The position numbers and the translations under genes are program-made. A model generated the notes under the pieces. The model was not told the origin of the DNA. It did no database searches and saw only the letters and a program-made list of their open reading frames with translations. From Actinomycetes bacterium (GTDB lineage Bacteria > Actinomycetota > Actinomycetes > S36-B12 > UBA5976), in assembly GCA_046086025.1 (NCBI GenBank), contig JBJSWT010000046.1, positions 1 to 36,858 on the forward strand: DNA of 36,858 nt, given 5' to 3'. Below, one piece after another: positions 29,806 through 36,858 of the stretch. Each line of letters starts with the position of its first letter. Within the stretch, counting starts at the first letter, position 1.

Positions 29806-31245
29806 TTAGGAAAGCCAATTGTTTAGTGGGTATGATGCGAAATAAATTACGAAGGCAATTGCAGATGCCCATAGCAATGGGTGAATCTGTTTTGATTTGC
29901 CAGTCGCAAGTTTTAGCAACACATGTGTCACAAATCCTGCACCAATACCTACTGCAATTGAGTATGTAAATGGCATCAAGATAATTGTCAAAAATGCTGG
30001 AAGAGCAATTGTTATATCGCTCCAATCAATATCTTTGATTTGTGTCATCATTAAGAATCCAACAATTAATAATGCTGGAGTTGCAGCTTCGTAAGGAACC
30101 AAAGCAACAAGTGGTGAAAGGAAAGTTGTTAACAAAAATGCAATACCAGTAACAACACTTGCTAAACCAGTTCTTGCACCTTCTCCCACACCTGAAGCAG
30201 ATTCAATGTAAGAAGTATTTGAAGAAATACCACTTGCACCACCTGCCATAGCTGCAATTGAATCCACTAACAAAATACGATCTGCACCTTCAACGTTGCC
30301 GCTTCTATCTGTTAATCCTGCTTCTGCACCAATAGCAGTCATTGTGCCCATGGTGTCAAAGAAGTCAGTAATTAAAAGAGTGAAGACTAACAACACAGCA
30401 GTTACTAAACCTGCAGTTGCAAATCCACCAAATAAATCAAAACGTCCTAACAAACTAAAGTCAGGTGTGGCAATTATGGAACTTGGAATTGCCGGAACGT
30501 TAAGGTTCCATCCACTTGGATTTACTTTGTCTGGAGCAGTAAATAAAGGTCCAATTTTAAATACGGATTCAAGAATTACTGCAAGCACTGTTGCAGCAAT
30601 AACTCCTATTAAAATTGCTCCTTTTGTTTTTGTGGAATACAAGATTGCAATCAAGATCAGACCAAAGATAAATACCACAACTGGCCAACCAACGAGATTG
30701 CCTCCGGCACCTAATTCAACTGGAACTGGTCCAGATTGAGTTCTGCGCACAAATCCTGCATCCACCAAGCCAATAAGCGCGATGAATAAACCAATACCAA
30801 CAGAGATAGCTAGTTTTAATTGAGTTGGTACTGCTTTAAATACAGCAACACGAAAACCAGTAAGAACTAGAACGGTGATGATGATGCCTTCAAGCACCAC
30901 TAATCCCATTACTTGTTCCCATGGCATGTAATTTGCTGCAAGTCTTGCCACGAATGCGTTGATGCCTAACCCAGTTGCAAGAGCAAGTGGGAAATTAGCA
31001 ACAGCACCCATCAATATGGTTAAAATTCCAGCAACTAAAGCAGTTGCAGCTGCAATTGCTGGAAGATTAGGTGCATCTCCGCCACCTAAGAACTTTCCAT
31101 TCACATCTTGAGTAAATCCAAGAATGAGTGGATTAAGTACCACAATGTAGGCCATCGTTAAGAAGGTCACAAGACCTCCACGAATTTCTTGGCCGACACT
31201 GGATTTTCTTTGCTTTATTTTGAAATAACCCGCTAATGTTGCCAC
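29806..31245 (-). CDS. NCS2 / AzgA-PbuG type purine base permease
   Basis: TMAYIVVLNP, FFDTMGT and SSNTSYIES..G..GARTGL motifs. GTG 31245 follows GGAGG; the track start is 31317. Confidence 0.92.
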   Translation of the reverse strand: MATLAGYFKIKQRKSSVGQEIRGGLVTFLTMAYIVVLNPLILGFTQDVNGKFLGGGDAPNLPAIAAATALVAGILTILMGAVANFPLALATGLGINAFVARLAANYMPWEQVMGLVVLEGIIITVLVLTGFRVAVFKAVPTQLKLAISVGIGLFIALIGLVDAGFVRRTQSGPVPVELGAGGNLVGWPVVVFIFGLILIAILYSTKTKGAILIGVIAATVLAVILESVFKIGPLFTAPDKVNPSGWNLNVPAIPSSIIATPDFSLLGRFDLFGGFATAGLVTAVLLVFTLLITDFFDTMGTMTAIGAEAGLTDRSGNVEGADRILLVDSIAAMAGGASGISSNTSYIESASGVGEGARTGLASVVTGIAFLLTTFLSPLVALVPYEAATPALLIVGFLMMTQIKDIDWSDITIALPAFLTIILMPFTYSIAVGIGAGFVTHVLLKLATGKSKQIHPLLWASAIAFVIYFASYPLNNWLS

Positions 31246-31246
31246 T

Positions 31247-31311
31247 AGTGTTTTTTTCCTCCCCTGTATTACTTGCGCATCAAGTAATAAGGCAAAGGAT
31301 TCCAGAACACT
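31247..31311 (-). promoter_or_regulatory. Structured 5' leader of the permease with the SD inside a hairpin
   Basis: Core stem TATTACTTG-ATGCG-CAAGTAATA, extended by CCT/AGG, TCCTTT/GGAGGA and AGTGTT/AACACT. Confidence 0.55.
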
Positions 31312-31357
31312 GGACACTTTGGACCTAGGACACTCTTAGGTATTTGTTAAAAATTTG

Positions 31358-31978
31358 TTACAGGCTAAAAACTTTTCCAAATTCTAGACTCTCTGTTTTT
31401 TCTGTGACAGAAGTGAAAACAGAACCTCCTTCGGAAAGTCCTAATAATCCAAATCCTTGCTCGCGATAGCCCTTGGTCCAAGAAGGCCAAGTTCCAGAAA
31501 AGTGAGCAAGCACAATTTGCTCTTTCAATAGATTCAAACCTGGGCCTAAATCTTGCCCACTAGGCATGATTACTTTCTTACCAAACAACATCGCCCCAGC
31601 ACTAGAACCCATGATTACAGATCCATTTTCTATAGCTGTTCTTAATGAATCTTCTGCTTTGGTATTAATAAAAGCTTTAGTTAATCGACTTGGAGTGCCA
31701 CCTGCAAAGTAAATACTTTGTGCATTTTCCAATTCTTTTAGATTTGAAGAATATAAATCTTCATGACTTAAAATATTACTTTTTTTAGTTTTAATTCCGA
31801 TAGAAGTAAAATAGTTTTTTGCAGTTTCATATGCTAAATCTTGAGTTGGAAAAGGAGCGGTTACTATAACTAAAATTTCAGAATTTGAATCAGTTCTTAA
31901 ACTTAATGCTTTTAAGTCTGCTTCTTTGTAATAATCACTAAATTCATTGCCACCAGAAGCAAGAACCCAACTACTCAT
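31358..31978 (-). CDS. Peptidase S51 family (PepE/cyanophycinase-like, class I GATase fold)
   Basis: IYFAGG, GSSAGAM nucleophile elbow and AHF motifs. Confidence 0.8.
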   Translation of the reverse strand: MSSWVLASGGNEFSDYYKEADLKALSLRTDSNSEILVIVTAPFPTQDLAYETAKNYFTSIGIKTKKSNILSHEDLYSSNLKELENAQSIYFAGGTPSRLTKAFINTKAEDSLRTAIENGSVIMGSSAGAMLFGKKVIMPSGQDLGPGLNLLKEQIVLAHFSGTWPSWTKGYREQGFGLLGLSEGGSVFTSVTEKTESLEFGKVFSL

Positions 31979-31979
31979 G

Positions 31980-32624
31980 TTATGAAGTTTTTCTATCTAA
32001 ATACCAAGTTCTAAATCCAGCCACAATTGAACCAATAATAAAGAAAGCAGCTATTGAATAAGCGGCATTTCTAACCGCAGGAATAGTTGCTGCATAAAAA
32101 CCAGTCAAAGTAATTCCCACACCCCAACTGATTGCTCCCACAAAATTGCTGGAGAGGAATTTGTAATAATTCATTCGCCCAATACCAGCTACAGCAGGAA
32201 TTATTACTCTGGCCCAAGGCATATATCTTGCAACCACAACTGCCCACCAGCCATATTTTTTATAGAAGTTTTCAGTTTTCTTAATTGCTTTTTGAGTTCT
32301 AGGTCCACCACGTTTATCAAGATAAGGTCTTCCATAATGTCTTCCTAAAATAAAGCCAACTTGATCTCCTAAAAATGCAGCAATTCCAACTCCAGTAACC
32401 AATATCGCAATATTTATATTGCTGGAACTTGCTGCCACAATTCCTGCTGCAAAAAGTAAAGAATCCCCTGTGACAAATGGCACAAAAGCACCTACAAAAA
32501 AACCAGTTCCTACAAAAACTAATCCCCAGACCACTACATAAAAAATAAACGGACCAAATACATCTAGCCAATTATTTAATTGACCATCAAGGGCTGCTTG
32601 TGGCAATACTAAATTGTTCAACAT
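31980..32624 (-). CDS. DedA family membrane protein
   Basis: GDSLLFAAG, GDQVGF.LGR and ARYMPWAR motifs. Confidence 0.92.
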   Translation of the reverse strand: MLNNLVLPQAALDGQLNNWLDVFGPFIFYVVVWGLVFVGTGFFVGAFVPFVTGDSLLFAAGIVAASSSNINIAILVTGVGIAAFLGDQVGFILGRHYGRPYLDKRGGPRTQKAIKKTENFYKKYGWWAVVVARYMPWARVIIPAVAGIGRMNYYKFLSSNFVGAISWGVGITLTGFYAATIPAVRNAAYSIAAFFIIGSIVAGFRTWYLDRKTS

Positions 32625-32689
32625 ATGTTTTCAAGCATATTTGATTAATTCAACAAGTGCATTAAGAGATAAATCACTAGAATAAAAAA

Positions 32690-33313
32690 GTGAAACCACA
32701 AGCAGTACTTTTTGATTTAGATGGAACTTTAGTTAATTCCAAGCCAGCAGTGGAGCGAGCCTGGATACAGCTTGCTTTAGAAGCAGAAATCCCTTTCGAA
32801 AAAATGGTGGGGTTACATGGAATTCCAGCGGAGCAATCCTTAAGACAACTTCTTCCAGATCGTGATGAAAAAGAAATAATTAAATGGGTAGAAAGAATTG
32901 AATATTTAGAAACCAGTGATACCAATGGAGTTACTGCCATTGATGGCGCAATTGAGTTACTTAAAAAACTCGATGAACAAAAAATCTCTTGGACTATTGT
33001 TACTTCTTGCACAATTCCACTTGCACTTTCTCGAGTTAAAGCTGCAGGAATTCCTTTCCCAGAAAATTCAGTAACTTTCAATGATGTGGAAAAAGGAAAA
33101 CCATTTCCTCATCCTTTTTTACTTGGTGCTAAAAGATTAGGAATAAATCCAAATAATTGTGTAGTTGTTGAGGACGCTCCTGCAGGAGTTATTGCTGGAA
33201 AAGCTGCAGGTTGCACTGTGGCAGCAGTTTTAACTTCGCATCAAAAACATGAATTAGCACTTGCCGATCATCATTTAGAACATTTAGAAGAATTGCTACC
33301 AATTATTTTTTAA
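32690..33313 (+). CDS. HAD-IA family hydrolase (sugar phosphatase-like)
   Basis: FDLDGTL, IVTS, GKP.P and VEDAPAG motifs; TAGAAT-N6-GTG start. Confidence 0.9.
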   Translation: MKPQAVLFDLDGTLVNSKPAVERAWIQLALEAEIPFEKMVGLHGIPAEQSLRQLLPDRDEKEIIKWVERIEYLETSDTNGVTAIDGAIELLKKLDEQKISWTIVTSCTIPLALSRVKAAGIPFPENSVTFNDVEKGKPFPHPFLLGAKRLGINPNNCVVVEDAPAGVIAGKAAGCTVAAVLTSHQKHELALADHHLEHLEELLPIIF

Positions 33314-33315
33314 AG

Positions 33316-33387
33316 TGCCCCCGGCGTGAGTCGAACACGCGCGCATGCCTTCGGAGGGCAACGCTCTATCCACTGAGCTACGGGGGC
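33316..33387 (-). tRNA. tRNA-Arg (anticodon CCG)
   Basis: GCCCCCG/CGGGGGC acceptor stem, GCTC/GAGC D-stem, loop CTCCGAA and T-arm GCGTG-TTCGACT-CACGC. CCA is not encoded. Confidence 0.93.
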
Positions 33388-33407
33388 AAAATTTAAAACC
33401 TAAATTT

Positions 33408-33698
33408 TTAATTTAGGTTTAATACCCGCCGTCGAATTCTTTTTTCTGCAACAAAGCTCATCACAGGAACTGTTCCTGCTAATAAAACAAGTAAAGTTTG
33501 TCCCCAAGTTAAATTCGCTTTTCTTGAAATATCAAATCCCACAACTAAATAAACCATGTAAACAATTCCGTGCAATTGGGCAAACCAAGGAATTTCTGGT
33601 CCTAATGTGTATTTCACAATTATTTCTATTGTGAACAAAATTAAAATCACACCAGCAAGATAGGCCACAAAGCTATATCTTTTAAGCGACTTATCCAT
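33408..33698 (-). CDS. DUF3817 family small membrane protein
   Basis: HG..Y.VYL and LAGTVP..SFVAE motifs. Confidence 0.85.
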   Translation of the reverse strand: MDKSLKRYSFVAYLAGVILILFTIEIIVKYTLGPEIPWFAQLHGIVYMVYLVVGFDISRKANLTWGQTLLVLLAGTVPVMSFVAEKRIRRRVLNLN

Positions 33699-33968
33699 TT
33701 ATCTGGTTCCTTTCTTTAATTGTCCAATACTAACTAAATATTCATCCTTGAAAAATCGATACCAGAACCAAGCAAGGGCAACAGCAAAGAAGATCCATTG
33801 AAATGCATAAAAAGTGCTTTGCAAATTGATAACTGTTTCACCAGTTACTTGGTCAACTCTTTCTCGTCTGATCCATTGCCACAGACCTAGTCTTAGACAA
33901 AAAAGTATTCCAATAATGGTTGCAAGATGAAAAAGGAACCATTTTTTCTTAAATGCGATTTTCCACAT
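33699..33968 (-). CDS. Conserved actinobacterial small membrane protein (LG.WQW.R / Y..QW..F), partner of DUF3817
   Basis: Two TM helices. ATG 33968 follows TACTCT-N7; the track start is TTG 33989. Confidence 0.7.
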   Translation of the reverse strand: MWKIAFKKKWFLFHLATIIGILFCLRLGLWQWIRRERVDQVTGETVINLQSTFYAFQWIFFAVALAWFWYRFFKDEYLVSIGQLKKGTR

Positions 33969-34025
33969 ATAAATAAGAGTATGGCGCAAACAATTTTTTA
34001 ACTAGCACCTGCCTACGATTAGAAC

Positions 34026-35684
34026 ATGACTCCAGAAGAACTGAGTAATTTAATTAAAAGTGCTGTTGAGTCACTTATTTCTGCTCAAAAGATAGAAAAA
34101 ATAGATTTACCTGAAATCAAGATTGAAAGACCAAAAAGTAAAGATCATGGAGACTTTGCTAGCAATATTGCTTTAGCGTTAAGTAAACCTGTTGGTAAAA
34201 ATCCCAGAGAAGTGGCAACACTGCTAATTGAAGAATTAAGTAAAGAAAAAAGTATTAAAAAAATAGAAATCGCAGGTCCTGGTTTTTTAAATTTCACACT
34301 TGATACAGCAAGTCTTGGTGAACTTGCTCGAATAATTGTTGAAAAATCTAGTGAATTTGGGAAAACAGAAACTTTAAAAAATCAAACCATCAATGTGGAA
34401 TTTATAAGTGCAAATCCCACAGGACCTCTTCATTTAGGTCACACTCGCTGGGCTGCAGTAGGAGATGCCATTGCTCGAGTTCTAGCGGCAAGTGGAGCAA
34501 AAGTAGTTAGAGAATTTTATATAAATGATCGCGGTATTCAATTAGATAAATTTGGGGAATCACTTTTTGCAGCAGCGAACGATTTAGCTGTTCCAGAAGA
34601 TGGTTATCACGGAAAGTATGTCAAAGAGATAGCTGATGAAATTATTAAAGAACATCCTGAATATTTGAAACAAAGTAAACACGAGCAAATAGTTTCATTC
34701 AGAGAAGCAGGGTATAAAAAACAATTAAAACAACAACAAGATGTTTTAGATAATTTTAGAACTCATTTTGATGTGTGGTATTCAGAAAGATCTCTACATG
34801 AATCAAATGCAGTGGAAAAAGGATTAGAAAAACTTAAACAACATGGGCATGTGTTTGAAAAAGATGGTGCTTTATGGCTTAGAACTACAGATTTCTTTGA
34901 TGATAAAGATCGAGTTTTAATAAAAGCAGATGGTGAATATACCTATTTTGCTTCAGACACTGCATATTACGTAGATAAAAGAAATAGAGGATATGACGTA
35001 AATATTTATCTATTAGGGGCAGATCATCATGGCTATGTAAATCGTTTAAGAGCAGTAGCAGCATGCGCAGGAGATGATCCTGATAAAAATATTGAAGTAT
35101 TAATAGGTCAATTAGTAAAGATGTATAAAAATGGTCAAGAAGTAAGACTCAGTAAACGCGCAGGAAACATGATCACTTTAGAAGATTTAGTTGAAGAAGT
35201 AGGAGTAGATGCTGCAAGGTATTCACTAATTAGATATCCAGTTGATACTCCTCTTACATTAGAAATTGATTTATTAACATCTCACACAAATGACAATCCA
35301 GTTTTCTATGTTCAATACGCCCATGCACGCATTAGTTCTGTGTTAAAAACAGCTAAAGAAAAAAACTTAAATTGGTTAGATAATAAATTTAAACCTGAAG
35401 TTTTAACTACGAGTCAAGAAACAGATTTATTAACAGCTTTAAGTGAATTTCCAAGAATTGTCACAACTGCGGCCCAACTTCGCCAACCTCACAGAGTTGC
35501 AAGATATCTTGAAGAGCTAGCAACTTTTTATCACTCTTTTTATGCTGCATGTCGAGTGCTTCCTCAAGTCGATGAAACACCAACAGATGAAACCTTTGCC
35601 CGATTGATGTTGTGTGATGCAACCAGGCAGGTTTTAGCAAATGGATTGGATTTATTAGGGGTAAGTTCCCCACAAAGAATGTAA
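34026..35684 (+). CDS. argS: Arginine--tRNA ligase
   Basis: EFISANPTGPLHLGH, GADHHGY, SKRAG and NPVFYVQYAHAR motifs; C-terminal Met; TACGAT-N6-ATG start. Confidence 0.98.
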   Translation: MTPEELSNLIKSAVESLISAQKIEKIDLPEIKIERPKSKDHGDFASNIALALSKPVGKNPREVATLLIEELSKEKSIKKIEIAGPGFLNFTLDTASLGELARIIVEKSSEFGKTETLKNQTINVEFISANPTGPLHLGHTRWAAVGDAIARVLAASGAKVVREFYINDRGIQLDKFGESLFAAANDLAVPEDGYHGKYVKEIADEIIKEHPEYLKQSKHEQIVSFREAGYKKQLKQQQDVLDNFRTHFDVWYSERSLHESNAVEKGLEKLKQHGHVFEKDGALWLRTTDFFDDKDRVLIKADGEYTYFASDTAYYVDKRNRGYDVNIYLLGADHHGYVNRLRAVAACAGDDPDKNIEVLIGQLVKMYKNGQEVRLSKRAGNMITLEDLVEEVGVDAARYSLIRYPVDTPLTLEIDLLTSHTNDNPVFYVQYAHARISSVLKTAKEKNLNWLDNKFKPEVLTTSQETDLLTALSEFPRIVTTAAQLRQPHRVARYLEELATFYHSFYAACRVLPQVDETPTDETFARLMLCDATRQVLANGLDLLGVSSPQRM

Positions 35685-35737
35685 TAAATAGAGAGTCCTA
35701 GTTCCAAAATTAACCCAGGTAGTTTAGGGTCTAATTT

Positions 35738-36703
35738 ATGACAAAACTTAAAACCCTATTCGCAAGTGCAATCTCAATTGCTTTAACAGTTTCTCTTGGT
35801 GCAACTGCATCAATGGCAAATGATGGAGCAAGTCCACTTTCTGGATTACCAGGTGGAGCAGGAAATCCTGTTGTCATGGTCAAAATTGACAACGTTAGAC
35901 CTGCAAGACCTCACGTAAATATTTCTAAAGCTGATTTAGTTTACGTAGAACAAGTAGAAGGTGGCTTAACCAGAATTGCTGCTATGTATAACTCAAACTT
36001 TCCATCAAAAGTTGGTCCAGTTAGATCAGCACGTATTTCTGATTTAGAAATCTTAAAGCAATTTGATAAACCAGGATTTGCTTATTCTGGTGCAAACAAA
36101 GCACTACTTCCAAAAATTGCCAAAGAACCTCTAGTTAGATTTGGTCCAAGTTTAAATGGAGCAAAATATTCCAGAGATTCCTCAAAACGTATTCCACATA
36201 ACTTGATTTTGAACTTGTCAGCAACTGTTAAAGCTGCTAAATCAAAATTAGGTGTTGCAAAAGATATTGGTTTGGTTTTTTCTGAAACTGCACCAGCAGG
36301 TGGAAAAGCAACTTCAACTTTCAAAGCTTCCTGGCCAGCATCAAGTGTGAGCGGTAAGTGGAATGGTGATGGTTGGGCAATTGCATTAGATAATTCACCA
36401 CAAAAAGACAGAGCAACTGGAAAAGCAGTTGTTGCTAAAACTGTTGTTGTGCAATTAGTAACTCAAACTGCATCTGGTCAAGGTGACAAATTTGGTGGAA
36501 GAACTCCAAAGATTCAAACCATCGGATCAGGTAAAGCATTTATTTTGCGTGATGGACAACGCTATGACGCTCAATGGTCAAGACCATCTGGTGGCGCTGG
36601 CACATCTTTCACCGTAAATGGCGAAGTTGTTCCATTTGATATTGGTCAAGTTTGGGTTTTACTTGTGCCAAATGATTCAAAAGGAAAATATTCGTTTAAA
36701 TAA
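35738..36703 (+). CDS. Secreted DUF3048 (YerB-like) protein
   Basis: Signal peptide; VKIDN...ARP, AD.VY...VEGG.TR, GPVRSAR and PHNL motifs. Confidence 0.88.
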   Translation: MTKLKTLFASAISIALTVSLGATASMANDGASPLSGLPGGAGNPVVMVKIDNVRPARPHVNISKADLVYVEQVEGGLTRIAAMYNSNFPSKVGPVRSARISDLEILKQFDKPGFAYSGANKALLPKIAKEPLVRFGPSLNGAKYSRDSSKRIPHNLILNLSATVKAAKSKLGVAKDIGLVFSETAPAGGKATSTFKASWPASSVSGKWNGDGWAIALDNSPQKDRATGKAVVAKTVVVQLVTQTASGQGDKFGGRTPKIQTIGSGKAFILRDGQRYDAQWSRPSGGAGTSFTVNGEVVPFDIGQVWVLLVPNDSKGKYSFK

Positions 36704-36724
36704 TTAACGAAGTTCACACCTTTA

Positions 36725-36779
36725 TGGGTGGGAAATCTTTGTGTTCGGTTAATCTTGAACATAAGAGATTTCCCACCCA
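36725..36779. other. Long intergenic hairpin (about 24 bp)
   Basis: TGGGTGGGAAATCT/AGATTTCCCACCCA perfect 14 bp, plus TTGTGTTCGG/TTGAACATAA, one bulge and a 6-nt loop. Confidence 0.75.
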
Positions 36780-36799
36780 AACTAATTTTTAGGATAAAA

Positions 36800-36858
36800 A
36801 TGTCAGATTCCAAAGCTTTGGATATCAACGAAATCTCTACTCATATTTGGCCTAAAAA
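36800..36858 (+). CDS. lysA: Start of the next gene, probably diaminopimelate decarboxylase (truncated by window edge)
   Basis: AGGA then ATG 36800 gives MSDSKALDINEISTHIWPK, resembling the D.N.L...VWP N-terminus of actinobacterial LysA. It also fits the usual argS-lysA order. Only 19 codons are visible. Confidence 0.5.
   Translation, partial: MSDSKALDINEISTHIWPK

Noticed and set aside
33300-33410. tRNA as an integration site
   Set aside because: No duplicated tRNA 3' end or integrase; the HAD stop codon lies 2 nt from the tRNA end.

Overview
This is a densely packed, AT-rich chromosomal segment (GC roughly one third by eye, not computed). Gene content and order point to a streamlined, low-GC actinobacterium: GuaB1, DUF3817, argS followed by a probable lysA, and many TANNNT-N6/7-start leaderless promoters. 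About 24 kb (7.1-31.3 kb) is a nucleoside scavenging and catabolism super-locus. It contains cdd, an Asn-type MTAP with an MtaD-like deaminase and an SDR, deoA, a BMP-family nucleoside ABC transporter, add, a split ALDH16-like pair, deoC, a PGM-family mutase, PNP, guaB1 and an AzgA-type permease. Embedded in it is a six-gene operon (23369-28130, minus strand) that matches no pathway I know. It encodes a PfkB kinase, a class II aldolase homolog whose HLDH catalytic motif reads LLNE, ThDP E1 alpha and beta subunits, a stand-alone lipoyl carrier with no E2 core or E3 nearby, and a D-lyxose-type isomerase. This operon is the best candidate for an undescribed system. Other notable items are an SD-sequestering leader hairpin upstream of the purine permease, a probably inactive ADP-ribosylglycohydrolase homolog, an atypical tRNA-Arg(CCG), and a DUF3048 gene plus long hairpin between argS and lysA. 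I saw no mobile elements, CRISPR arrays or rRNA. All family calls come from motif recognition by eye, not database searches.
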